Shown one piece after another: positions 47,218-56,723 of a stretch of DNA of 64,000 nt; position 1 is the first letter of the stretch; each line of letters opens with the position of its first letter. The DNA comes from Cyclobacteriaceae bacterium (lineage in GTDB: Bacteria > Bacteroidota > Bacteroidia > Cytophagales > Cyclobacteriaceae): contig JBLHTU010000001.1 of NCBI GenBank assembly GCA_047627515.1, positions 11,883 to 75,882 of the forward strand. Direction: 5' to 3'. Position numbers and translations under genes: made by a program. Below the pieces are notes generated by a model that was not told the DNA's origin, ran no database searches, and worked only from the letters and a program-made list of their open reading frames with translations.

Positions 47218-49341
47218 CTAGTCATTTTTCTCAGGCTTAGGAAGCAATGCTTTTCTTGACAATCTGTACTTACCGGTCTTTTTGTCGATCTCGACCAACT
47301 TAACCTGTACTTCTTCGCCTACTTCCATCACATTATCCATGGTCTCAAGTCTTTCCCACTTGATCTCAGAAATATGAAGTAGTCCGTCTTTTGCTGGCAT
47401 AAATTCAACAAACGCACCGAATGGCATGATTGACTTCACTTTACCTGTGTAGACCTCTCCTACTTCTGGCTCAGCTGCAATCCCTTTGACCCAAGCAAAC
47501 GCTTTGTCCATTGCTTCTTTGTCCGAAGCAAAGAATGTAACAAGGCCTCCGTTGTCAATTTCTTCGATATTGATCGTTGCACCAGTTTCCCTTTGGATCT
47601 CTTGGATTACTTTACCTCCAGGTCCGATCACCGTTCCGATCAACTCTCTCTTAATTCTTAGCTCCTTAACACGAGGGGCATTAGGTTTTAACTCAGTTCT
47701 AGGCTCAGAAATCGTCTTGTTCATCTCACCTAGGATATGCAATCTTCCAGCTTTAGCTTGGTTTAGCGCTTCGCTTAGCACCTTGTAATCCAAACCATCT
47801 ACTTTGATATCCATTTGGCAAGCTGTGATACCATCTTGTGTACCGGTCACCTTGAAGTCCATATCTCCTAGGTGATCTTCATCTCCTAGAATATCAGATA
47901 GAATCGCATAACGTCCCCCTCCTTTTTCAGAAATCATACCCATCGCAATTCCCGAAACGGGTTTCTTGATTTGCACACCTGCATCCATCAATGATAGCGT
48001 ACCAGCACAAACTGTCGCCATTGATGAAGAACCATTTGATTCCAGAATATCAGATACTATACGGATCGTATATGCATTGTCTTCAGGCAACATTGGTTTC
48101 AGCGCTCGCATCGCTAGGTTACCATGACCAATTTCTCTTCTTCCCGCTCCCCTGTTAGGTCTTACTTCACCTGTTGAGAAACCTGGGAAGTTATAATGCA
48201 GGATAAACTTATTGTAACCAGACCTCATCGCGCTGTCAATCATCTGCTCATCCATCTTAGACCCTAAAGTCACTGAAGTAAGAGACTGTGTTTCACCTCT
48301 TGTGAATACTGCAGAACCGTGTGCATTGGGTAAGTACCCAATTTCACTCCAAATAGGCCTAATCTCGTCTAGTTGACGACCATCTAATCGAACCTTAGTG
48401 TCTAAGACACAATCACGAACGCCTTCTTTTTCCACATCGTGGAAATATTTCTTGAGCAGGAAGCTATCATATCCGTGATCATCACCTAATGATTCTACAA
48501 ACTCATTGAACACCGCCTTAAACTGTGTTTTTCTTTCGTCTTTGTTCGCACCCAAAGCAGCTACATCGTAGCACTTCTTGTAACATGCGTCCTTAATTTT
48601 TGCACTAAGCGCTTCATCACTATTTTCGTGACTGTACGTTCTTTTAACCTCAGCACCAACTTGCTTCGCCAGATCTAACTGAGCTTCACATTGTTTCTTT
48701 ATATCTATATGAGCCGTCTTGATCGCTTCGATCATTTCATCCTCTTGCACTTCTCTCATCTCGCCCTCAACCATCATGATGTTGTCTATGGAACCAGCGA
48801 TGATCATATCGAGCTCTGCAGTCGCAATCAACTCTGTTTTTGGATTAACGATGTACTGTCCCTCAGACTTAATAACTCTCACTTCACTGATGGGGCCATT
48901 GAAGGGGATATTAGAGACGCTAATCGCTGCTGATGCTGCTAATGCCGCATATGCATCTGGCATCACATTAGGATCTGAGGAGATCATTGAAATCATTACC
49001 TGCGTATCTGCATGGTAATCTGAAGGAAAAAGAGGTCTAAGTGCTCTATCTACTAATCTACAGACCAGTACTTCATGATCAGACAACCGTCCTTCACGCT
49101 TAAGAAAACCACCAGGAATCTTACCCGCGGCTGCGAATTTCTCTTGGTAATCTACTGATAGTGGCAAAAAATCTACGTTTTCAGCTGCTTCAGGCTTTGA
49201 AACAACTGTTGCTAATAGCATCATGCTACCTACTTTCACTACTACGGAACCGTCTGCTTGCTTGGCAAGCTTACCTGTCTCAATCGTTACTTGAGTTCCA
49301 TCTGACAGGTTAAAATCTATTTGCTTAAAATTTGGAAGCAT
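47218..49341 (-). CDS. pnp: polyribonucleotide nucleotidyltransferase (PNPase)
   Basis: 707 aa. Two RNase PH domains ('[20 protein letters not shown]', '[10 protein letters not shown]'), a KH domain ('[12 protein letters not shown]') and an S1 domain ('GAFVEF'). Confidence 0.97.
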   Translation of the reverse strand: MLPNFKQIDFNLSDGTQVTIETGKLAKQADGSVVVKVGSMMLLATVVSKPEAAENVDFLPLSVDYQEKFAAAGKIPGGFLKREGRLSDHEVLVCRLVDRALRPLFPSDYHADTQVMISMISSDPNVMPDAYAALAASAAISVSNIPFNGPISEVRVIKSEGQYIVNPKTELIATAELDMIIAGSIDNIMMVEGEMREVQEDEMIEAIKTAHIDIKKQCEAQLDLAKQVGAEVKRTYSHENSDEALSAKIKDACYKKCYDVAALGANKDERKTQFKAVFNEFVESLGDDHGYDSFLLKKYFHDVEKEGVRDCVLDTKVRLDGRQLDEIRPIWSEIGYLPNAHGSAVFTRGETQSLTSVTLGSKMDEQMIDSAMRSGYNKFILHYNFPGFSTGEVRPNRGAGRREIGHGNLAMRALKPMLPEDNAYTIRIVSDILESNGSSSMATVCAGTLSLMDAGVQIKKPVSGIAMGMISEKGGGRYAILSDILGDEDHLGDMDFKVTGTQDGITACQMDIKVDGLDYKVLSEALNQAKAGRLHILGEMNKTISEPRTELKPNAPRVKELRIKRELIGTVIGPGGKVIQEIQRETGATINIEEIDNGGLVTFFASDKEAMDKAFAWVKGIAAEPEVGEVYTGKVKSIMPFGAFVEFMPAKDGLLHISEIKWERLETMDNVMEVGEEVQVKLVEIDKKTGKYRLSRKALLPKPEKND

Positions 49342-49398
49342 AATATCTCTTTAAATGATTTAAAACTATAAAAGGTGGGATGGGGTACTGGGGAGCAA

Positions 49399-49436
49399 TA
49401 AAAAAGGGAATCCTGAGAAGAATTCCCTTTTTTATT
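49399..49436 (-). terminator. rpsO terminator / pnp leader hairpin
   Basis: 'aaaaaaGGGAATcctgagaagATTCCCtttttt' lies between rpsO and pnp. The equivalent position in E. coli carries the RNase III-processed pnp leader. Confidence 0.7.
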
Positions 49437-49441
49437 AAGGA

Positions 49442-49711
49442 TTATTTTCTGATCTTAAGCTCGACAATAATACTTCGATATCTTTCTATATCATTTTTGT
49501 ATAAATAGTCAAGTAATCTTCTTCTTTTACCAACCAATTTGAGCAATCCTAATCTTGAGGCGTGATCCTTCTTATTCACTTTCAAGTGCTCTGTTAAGTG
49601 GTTTATTCTGTAAGTAAACAAAGCAATTTGAGACTCTGGAGAACCAGTGTCTTGCTTAGACTCACCGTATGTACCGAATATTTCTTGCTTCTTTTCTGCT
49701 GCTAAATACAT
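49442..49711 (-). CDS. rpsO: 30S ribosomal protein S15
   Basis: 89 aa with '[22 protein letters not shown]' and '[15 protein letters not shown]'. Confidence 0.97.
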   Translation of the reverse strand: MYLAAEKKQEIFGTYGESKQDTGSPESQIALFTYRINHLTEHLKVNKKDHASRLGLLKLVGKRRRLLDYLYKNDIERYRSIIVELKIRK

Positions 49712-49738
49712 TTATTATCAAATTCTTCTTTCAGAGCG

Positions 49739-49770
49739 CAAATTTAGGGCATAAAATTTACTAAATCAAA
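49739..49770 (-). promoter_or_regulatory. candidate Bacteroidota sigma-A promoter for rpsO-pnp
   Basis: The minus strand reads TTTG-N20-TAAATTTG (TAnnTTTG). The -7 element ends 27 nt upstream of the rpsO ATG. Confidence 0.45.
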
Positions 49771-49775
49771 AGACG

Positions 49776-51467
49776 TCAACTTAAATCTTTCGACTTCTGC
49801 CTCTTACTCTTAATCTTCTCCCATACCACTAAGTAAAAGTCCGTATCAAAAAGCCTTGCATCTATTCTTGCTTGACGCATAAAGAACAATCCTATTGGTA
49901 AAAGAAAGAGGTCTGCTGTCCATACGGCCCATTGTCCTTCGACCAAATCAGCTTTGGCCCACTTCTCACTGGAGATGGTCAAAACATAATAGATGATGAA
50001 AAAGATAATAGACACAATCACAGGCACACCTAGCCCACCCTTCTTGATGATAGCACCCAGAGGTGCGCCAATAAGAAACATGACAATACAAGCGAAGGCC
50101 TGGCTGTACTTTTTATATTTCTCTACGGTAAAGCTATCGATGAGTCCCTCCAGACTTTTTGTTTTGATATTGATACCAGAGATGTTGACTTTAAAATTTC
50201 GAGCCTTATTTACTGCATTTTGCACAATCTTCTGCTTTTGTCGTTCTCTGGTGAAGTAGGCATTCAGATCCTCCAGACTCCATTCTTCAAGTGAAGGAAT
50301 ATCATCCTCTTCCTCACTGAGAAGTTTTCTCGCGCGCAGTTCCCTACCTGCTTTACTCACCATCGTCTGCGTAGAATCTGTTTGCCCTAAGCCACCAAGA
50401 CCTAGATCGACCGTGCTATTAGAAGTGGAAGGGTAGACTAAATCTATCTTCTCACTTGCTTCAAATTTTCTCTCTGGTATTTTGGTTGTTTTTGGATCTC
50501 TAATAGAGTCTTGAATCTCAACAATCTCTTTCACTAGTTGTCTATTAATGCTCGATGTATCCACCAAGTACTTGGGAATATGAAAACTGAGATAGCTGGA
50601 ACCTCCCTTACTCAGACTGAACAGCTGCTTACCCTTTTCCCGCGCAAGCGAATCAATATCTTCAGATAGTTGACTTATATTTTTCATTTGCCTGTTATTG
50701 CGAAACAGTTCCTCTTTTGTTCGTTTTAAATCAAATGAAGAAAGACTGAATACAATATCTAGCCGATCAAATCGAGTTCGATACAGATCAGCGATTCTAC
50801 TGGAATTCTTATCTACTTCGTTATAGTAGATCCCGTTAAAGAGCTCGAGTTTTAAATACTTATCATTGAAGATGGTATACATCAGACTAGAATCTGCAAG
50901 AATTACACGTTTGTTGCCATCTCTTTTGGTGTGATCATAGATCATGACTTGCAGTAATGTTTTATTATCAGGAAGCTTATCTCCTGCCTTGATAGAATAA
51001 TTAGGAATTCCATCATAAAAAACACCAGGTTGAATATCCAATGCTGGCTTTTTATGCTTTATGTCATATAGCAGACTGTACGCCTTTAGATTGGCTGCCG
51101 GTACTATGTAATTGTTAAAGAAAAATGCAGCTATGGACAGAAAGATTACGAATATGAAGATGGGCCGCATGGCACGCAGAAGTGATATACCTGCGCTCTT
51201 AATAGCCGTTAGCTCAAAATGCTCACCAAGATTACCAAAAGTCATCAGTGACGACACTAAAACTCCTAGCGGCAAGGCCACTTGCAACATATTTAAAGAG
51301 AAATAAAATAAAAGCTCAGCGAATACGCCAGCACCAAGGTTCTTACCTACAAAGTCATCGAAGTACTTGAGCATGTACTGGATCAACAAGATGAATGTCG
51401 CTACCAGTGTTGTAAGAAAAAAAGGACCAAAAAAAGCCTTCAGAATTAATTTATCCAACCGCCGCAT
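49776..51467 (-). CDS. LptF/LptG-family (YjgP/YjgQ) permease with enlarged periplasmic region
   Basis: 563 aa. Three N-terminal and three C-terminal TM segments ('FGPFFLTTLVATFILLIQ') flank a central soluble region of about 330 aa. Confidence 0.7.
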   Translation of the reverse strand: MRRLDKLILKAFFGPFFLTTLVATFILLIQYMLKYFDDFVGKNLGAGVFAELLFYFSLNMLQVALPLGVLVSSLMTFGNLGEHFELTAIKSAGISLLRAMRPIFIFVIFLSIAAFFFNNYIVPAANLKAYSLLYDIKHKKPALDIQPGVFYDGIPNYSIKAGDKLPDNKTLLQVMIYDHTKRDGNKRVILADSSLMYTIFNDKYLKLELFNGIYYNEVDKNSSRIADLYRTRFDRLDIVFSLSSFDLKRTKEELFRNNRQMKNISQLSEDIDSLAREKGKQLFSLSKGGSSYLSFHIPKYLVDTSSINRQLVKEIVEIQDSIRDPKTTKIPERKFEASEKIDLVYPSTSNSTVDLGLGGLGQTDSTQTMVSKAGRELRARKLLSEEEDDIPSLEEWSLEDLNAYFTRERQKQKIVQNAVNKARNFKVNISGINIKTKSLEGLIDSFTVEKYKKYSQAFACIVMFLIGAPLGAIIKKGGLGVPVIVSIIFFIIYYVLTISSEKWAKADLVEGQWAVWTADLFLLPIGLFFMRQARIDARLFDTDFYLVVWEKIKSKRQKSKDLS

Positions 51468-51506
51468 ATCACTACTTAATTTCTACGCGAATATAATCTT
51501 CTCCTC

Positions 51507-51890
51507 TCAGCCGCCAACTATCTCTTTGAGGTCATGAATCAGACTTTCCCATAAATCATTGGCCTCTTCGGTTTCCATATCTGAATAATCTGTCACACGA
51601 ATAAACACTTCCTGCGTCAATTCATTCATATCCAACCTCAATTCCACATAATTCGGATCGTCATCTTCCGCATCTATAAACTCAAACTTCACATGGTGAT
51701 TAGCTCTTGTAGAGACAACTTGCGCTTTGTTTTCTTCACCATCCCAAACGATTGTATAGATCTTGTCCTCATTGATATTTACATCATCTGCGAACCACTG
51801 CGACAAACCCGAAGCTGTGGAAATATAAGGAAAGAGCATTTTTTTTGAGGCGTTTATTCCAAACTCGCCTATAAACTCATTCTTAGTCAT
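51507..51890 (-). CDS. START-like/AHSA1-like small domain protein
   Basis: 127 aa with 'LFPYISTASGLSQWFADDV' and an acidic C-terminal half. The family call is from memory of Bacteroidota annotations. Confidence 0.5.
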   Translation of the reverse strand: MTKNEFIGEFGINASKKMLFPYISTASGLSQWFADDVNINEDKIYTIVWDGEENKAQVVSTRANHHVKFEFIDAEDDDPNYVELRLDMNELTQEVFIRVTDYSDMETEEANDLWESLIHDLKEIVGG

Positions 51891-51991
51891 ATCCGTGGTA
51901 TTAAATTAAACTCAAAAATAAAACTGGCTACATGAAACTTAAAAATAAATTGATTTAGGTTTGCAATTCTTTTTTAAGATCCACACAGTAT

Positions 51992-52065
51992 GGCGAGGTA
52001 GCTCAGCTGGTTAGAGCGTCGGATTCATAACCCGGAGGTCGGGGGTTCGAGCCCCCCCCTCGCTA
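51992..52065 (+). tRNA. tRNA with CAT anticodon (elongator Met, or Ile2 if lysidine-modified)
   Basis: GGCGAGGTAGCTCAGCTGGTTAGAGCGTCGGATTCATAACCCGGAGGTCGGGGGTTCGAGCCCCCCCTCGCTA forms a cloverleaf with anticodon loop TTCATAA and T-arm GGGGG/TTCGAGC/CCCCC. Position 1:72 is a G-U wobble rather than a C-A mismatch, so it is not initiator-like. Confidence 0.85.
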
Positions 52066-52232
52066 CTCCTTTCATTGCAATCTCACGCCTCAATATATAC
52101 CTTTTCCCTTTTCATCCCAGTTTTTCTAAACTATTATTAGGAGGAAGATTGTTTATAATTTATTTAACGTTTTACCGAGCCATTTTCAGCTTGTAGATCG
52201 TCAGATATATTAACCTCATTAAAACCTAGTCT

Positions 52233-52928
52233 ATGAATATTTCCGATAATGCACATCGCTACATGGGTGAGTTCGTCTTCGGGGGAATCGATGGTTGTGT
52301 TACGACCTTTGCAGTAGTTGCAGGAGCTTCTGGTGCTCATTTAGACAGCTCTGTGGTCATCATTCTTGGCTTTGCTAATCTACTTGCAGATGGGTTTTCT
52401 ATGTCTGTAGGTAGTTACTTATCCTCCAAAACGGAAAAAGAGCAGTATGAAAAGCATCGACAACATGAATATTGGGAAATAGAGAATCTTTACGAAACAG
52501 AAGTCGAAGAGATTCGTGCGATTTACCGGGAAAAAGGATTTGAAGGACAGCTTCTAGAAGATATAGTCACAAAAATAACAGAGGATGAAGACCTCTGGGT
52601 GGACACCATGATGAAGGAGGAGCTAGAAATGGTCAAGGAAACCAAATCTCCCTTTCAAATGGGTACCGCTACATTTATCTCTTTCATCATTTTTGGAATG
52701 ATACCGCTGAGTGTCTATGTAATAGATTTTTTCCTGCAATTGGAATCTTCATTATTCATGTATTCAGCTATTCTCACCTCCATAGGCTTCATCATTATCG
52801 GGTTTCTCAAAAGTAAATTCAACGAGACCTCAATATTCAGGAGCATTGGAGAGACATTACTACTGGGTGGCGCAGCAGCCACACTATCATACTATGTAGG
52901 TGGCATAATAGAGCAGTTGATCAAATAA
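52233..52928 (+). CDS. VIT1/CCC1-family Fe/Mn transporter
   Basis: 231 aa with '[19 protein letters not shown]', '[15 protein letters not shown]', a central acidic cytoplasmic helix region and C-terminal TM segments. Confidence 0.85.
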   Translation: MNISDNAHRYMGEFVFGGIDGCVTTFAVVAGASGAHLDSSVVIILGFANLLADGFSMSVGSYLSSKTEKEQYEKHRQHEYWEIENLYETEVEEIRAIYREKGFEGQLLEDIVTKITEDEDLWVDTMMKEELEMVKETKSPFQMGTATFISFIIFGMIPLSVYVIDFFLQLESSLFMYSAILTSIGFIIIGFLKSKFNETSIFRSIGETLLLGGAAATLSYYVGGIIEQLIK

Positions 52929-53048
52929 TTACTGCGATCACGGAATATGTACGGGAAGTAATAGTAAGCTTGGTTAAATTACGCGCCCTTCAACGGCTAT
53001 CAAAAAGTGAAAAACCCTCTTACACTTATCATCTACCGACTGCGTACA

Positions 53049-53894
53049 ATGGAAGACCTCCGCGCATTCCTTGAGTCAAAAGCCTTCCAAATAGCAATCG
53101 TAATTTTGATATTGATCAATGCCGCGACGATCGGATTGGAAACCTCTCCTGCTGTGAGAGAAGTCTTCGGACCTTGGCTTGAGGATATCGACAAATACAT
53201 CCTAATGATCTTTTGCTTGGAAATTTGCTTAAAAATGGTTGCATACCGTTGGAGGTTTTTCACTAACGCATGGAACATTTTTGATACACTGATCATAGGG
53301 ATTGCACTGGTTCCGGCAACAGGCCCTCTACACATATTACGAACACTTCGGGTGCTTCGTACAATACGTTTGGTAAAAAACATACCAAAACTCAAGATGA
53401 TTATTGAGTCATTGATCACATCGATACCCAGTATTGGATGGATCATGGTACTCCTACTGATGATATTTTACATTTTTGCTGTCATAGCTACAGACTTGTA
53501 CGGGGCTGCATTCCCAGGATATTTTGGAGATATGGGCACTTCGTTCTTTACTTTGTTCCAAGTAATGACACTTGAAAGCTGGTCATCTGGTATTGCAAGG
53601 CCAATGATGGAGCAGATGCCCTACGCATACATCTTCTTCGTTCCGTTTATTTTGTTGGCTACGTATACCACCCTCAACGTATTCATTGCGGTCGTTGTAA
53701 ATACGATGAATGAGGTAAACCGAAAAGCCTTCCAGGAAGAAGAGGAAAAACTCCAACAACTTCTCAAACAGGAACATGATGAACTTATGTATCATGTAAA
53801 ATCGATGTCTCGAAAAATTGATCGAATGGAAATACAACTAGAGGATCAAAAGAACGACATAGATAAAAATAAATCTATCGGTAAAGATTTGTAA
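53049..53894 (+). CDS. bacterial voltage-gated sodium channel (BacNav/NaChBac family), paralog 1
   Basis: 6-TM layout. S4 'LRTLRVLRTIRLVKNIPKL' has Arg at every third position. Selectivity filter 'FTLFQVMTLESWSSG'. C-terminal coiled coil. The ATG at 53049 aligns with the paralog N-terminus. Confidence 0.88.
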   Translation: MEDLRAFLESKAFQIAIVILILINAATIGLETSPAVREVFGPWLEDIDKYILMIFCLEICLKMVAYRWRFFTNAWNIFDTLIIGIALVPATGPLHILRTLRVLRTIRLVKNIPKLKMIIESLITSIPSIGWIMVLLLMIFYIFAVIATDLYGAAFPGYFGDMGTSFFTLFQVMTLESWSSGIARPMMEQMPYAYIFFVPFILLATYTTLNVFIAVVVNTMNEVNRKAFQEEEEKLQQLLKQEHDELMYHVKSMSRKIDRMEIQLEDQKNDIDKNKSIGKDL

Positions 53895-53939
53895 GTATTA
53901 CCTTCTCTTGACAAGGGTCGCCAATAGAAAAGTCATGTA

Positions 53940-54695
53940 TTGACTATACCAAAAATCAACACCTCAGATGCTTTTGATGAAAACTCATCAGACAGACACC
54001 CTTGGTCTAGAGAAAAACAGACTCTTTTAAGGATGGAAAAGATCTTGATATTTACGCATGTAGGTGGTGGCATACTCGTCTTACTCACTGGACTACTAAT
54101 CATAGCGACAAAGAAAGGAACGAAAACACATGTCAATATTGGGTGGCTATATGTCCTATCGATTATGATGATTTGATTTAGTGCTTTTCCAATAATGATT
54201 TTCTTTCGGTTGAGTCTTTTCCTTTTTGTTGTTGGCTTGTTGACCTTCAATTCAACATTTAATGCTGTGCGGGTCATGCGTCGTAAGATGTATATCAAAA
54301 TACCATGGTACGACTATGCTGTATCTATTATAGTAGGCCTGGCATCGATAGGCCTTTTTACTTACGGAGTATATCTCGTCACGTCCACAAATAACTCTGT
54401 GCTCGGCGGACTCTCCATTCTTTTTGGAGTGTTCACTGGTCTGGCAGCCCGAAAAGACATTCTGTTCTTCTGGAAAGGAAATAGAGATGCGAAAAACTGG
54501 TGGCTGTACCAACACATGGGGTCGATGGGCGGTAGCTTTATCGCTGCGATCACAGCCTTTGCAGAACAAAATGGAAATCTATTCAAGTAAGGTGCATCAC
54601 TAGCTTGGTTACCATGGGTGCTACCTGGGGTGGTGGGGTCTATAGTGTTAACGAAGGTCATCCGTAAAAAGAGAGGTAAGGACTCGCTTGCTTAA
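53940..54695 (+). pseudogene. multi-pass membrane protein (DUF2306-like) interrupted by two in-frame stop codons
   Basis: A single frame reads '...HVNIGWLYVLSIMMI*FSAFPIMIFFRLSLF...FAEQNGNLFK*GASLAWLPWVLPGVVGSIVLTKVIRKKRGK...'. TGA is at 54174-54176 and TAA at 54588-54590. Hydrophobic helices continue across both stops. Confidence 0.6.
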
Positions 54696-54698
54696 TAA

Positions 54699-56612
54699 TT
54701 AATCCAATGATTCTAAAGATTCACTTGCTGCTTCCCATTCTACGGTTAAGGCCTCAATTGATTGCTTTGCTTTTTCATATTTTGTACTTAATTCACTCAA
54801 CTGCTCTGCATCATTAATAACCTGTGGTGAGGCCATATCCTTCTCCAACGCTGACGCCGAATCTTCCAGTGTGGAGATTTGATTTTCAAAATCAGCTACT
54901 TCTTTCTTCAGTTTATTCCGCTGCTTATCATCTGAGGTCTTTGCGGGCTTCTGCTTTGCTGGTTCCTTTTTAGCAATGCTTTTTTCTTTCTGAGGGACAG
55001 AATCTTGGGATCTAGAGGCTTGTTGACTACTCCACCACTCATACTCTTGATAGGTACCAGGGTATTCTTTCACCTGCTCATCTTCGATGTACCAAATCTT
55101 AGTAGCAACTTTACTAATAAAATCCCTATCGTGGGATACAAGCAAAAACGTACCTTCATACTGTTGCAAAGCTTGCACAAGAATACTAACAGAAACGATA
55201 TCTAAATGGTTTGTAGGCTCATCCAGCATCAAGAAATTAGCTTCACTGATAAGCGTTTTTGCCAAGGCGACTCTTGAACGCTCCCCTCCAGACAATACTT
55301 TTATCTTTTTAAAGACCTCTTCGTCGGAGAATAAAAAACAGCCTAGGACGCCTCTTAATTCCTGGTCAGATTTACCTGTTCCTGCTTGCTTTAACTCTTC
55401 CAGAATCTCTTGATCAACCCCTAAAGATTCTAACTGATGCTGTGCATAGAAGGAAGTGATCACATTGTGGCCTTTCTCAACCTTTCCACTAAATTTTTCC
55501 ATACCCGCCACAATTCTCAATACTGTGGACTTTCCCTTACCATTGGCTCCAATCAAGGCAATTTTATCACCTCTCTCAATGCCTGCATCACTCTTATCCA
55601 AGATCTTAAGATCGTCATACGCTTTTGATACCTCCTGAAATCTAACTACATGGCGACCCGACTTCGTAGAAAAGTTGAACTTGAAATTAACCGCAGCATT
55701 TTCATCAACTACTGCATCTATTCTATCCAGTTTTTCCAACTGCTTGACACGCGATTGCGCTTGCTTCGCCTTGGTTGCTTTTGCTTTGAAGCGCTCGATA
55801 AATCGTTCTGTCTGCTTTATATGTTTCTGCTGATTATCGTATGCGTTTTGCTGTATTTCATTGCGCATCTCCTTTTCAGACTCATAGAAATCGTAATTTC
55901 CAGCATATAAATGCAAGTCTTTGTTAAAAACCTCTACAATCTTATTGATAGAAGAGTTTAGAAAACGCCGGTCGTGTGAAACGATGATGCAAGCACCGTC
56001 GTATGTCTGAAGATAGTTTTCCAGCCACTGTATAGATGGCAAATCGAGGTGGTTAGTTGGTTCATCGAGCATGAGCAAAGACGGACGCTCTAGTAGTAAC
56101 CTAGCAAGCATCACCCGCATACGCCACCCTCCTGAAAACTCTCTCAGTGGACGTTGCAGATCTCTGGTCTCAAAACCAATACCTTCCAATATTTCTTCTG
56201 CTCTTGATTGCAAAGTATAACCATCGATAGCTTCATACCTCTCTTGAAGCTTAGACAGCTTATTGACCAACTTGTCATGATAGTTGACCTCCATTTCTTT
56301 GATCACCTCTTGTATTGCGTGCTCAAGATCATGCGCCTCCCTAAAGGCTTGCATCGCAACTTCAAGGATCGGCTCATCAGATTCGTAGCTCAATAAATCC
56401 TGATTCAGAAAACCGATCGTAGTATCCTTGCTCTTTGAAATCTCTCCACCACTGGGATCGATATCTTTTACGAGCATTTTTAACAAAGTGGATTTACCAG
56501 TCCCATTAAGACCTATTAAACCAATGCGATCTTTCGGTCCAATAAATAAAGATGCGTGATCAAAAAGTACTCGATCACCGAGAAAATAGTCTATCTGATT
56601 AATGCTGATCAT
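54699..56612 (-). CDS. ABC-F family ATPase (translation-factor type, no TM domain)
   Basis: 637 aa. Two cassettes: Walker A 'GLNGTGKST' and 'GANGKGKST', signatures 'FSGGWRMR' and 'LSGGERSR'. An inter-domain linker and a C-terminal Lys/Glu-rich coiled coil. Confidence 0.9.
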   Translation of the reverse strand: MISINQIDYFLGDRVLFDHASLFIGPKDRIGLIGLNGTGKSTLLKMLVKDIDPSGGEISKSKDTTIGFLNQDLLSYESDEPILEVAMQAFREAHDLEHAIQEVIKEMEVNYHDKLVNKLSKLQERYEAIDGYTLQSRAEEILEGIGFETRDLQRPLREFSGGWRMRVMLARLLLERPSLLMLDEPTNHLDLPSIQWLENYLQTYDGACIIVSHDRRFLNSSINKIVEVFNKDLHLYAGNYDFYESEKEMRNEIQQNAYDNQQKHIKQTERFIERFKAKATKAKQAQSRVKQLEKLDRIDAVVDENAAVNFKFNFSTKSGRHVVRFQEVSKAYDDLKILDKSDAGIERGDKIALIGANGKGKSTVLRIVAGMEKFSGKVEKGHNVITSFYAQHQLESLGVDQEILEELKQAGTGKSDQELRGVLGCFLFSDEEVFKKIKVLSGGERSRVALAKTLISEANFLMLDEPTNHLDIVSVSILVQALQQYEGTFLLVSHDRDFISKVATKIWYIEDEQVKEYPGTYQEYEWWSSQQASRSQDSVPQKEKSIAKKEPAKQKPAKTSDDKQRNKLKKEVADFENQISTLEDSASALEKDMASPQVINDAEQLSELSTKYEKAKQSIEALTVEWEAASESLESLD

Positions 56613-56723
56613 AAGGCCGGCAAAGATAGAAAAGTAAATAGCGTAAGTTGAAAGGAATACAAACCTTCTTGACCTTTCTGCTGTAATAGCAGCAAAATAT
56701 AATTAGTCTAATATCCTTCCTTT

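Noticed and set aside
51955-51963. TAnnTTTG promoter motif upstream of tRNA(CAT)
   Set aside because: The sequence is TAGGTTTTG, with one extra T, so it is not an exact match to the -7 consensus. It was not reported as a feature.
52066-52232. Possible metal riboswitch (yybP-ykoY-like) upstream of the VIT1 transporter
   Set aside because: I could not find conserved paired GA-rich helices or any convincing extended secondary structure. The region is AT-rich and looks like an ordinary promoter/leader.
54174-54176. In-frame TGA as selenocysteine or reassigned codon (code 4/25)
   Set aside because: TGA terminates well-conserved genes in this window at the expected protein ends. I see no SECIS-like hairpin directly downstream. 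The same gene carries a second in-frame stop (TAA), which favours a pseudogene.
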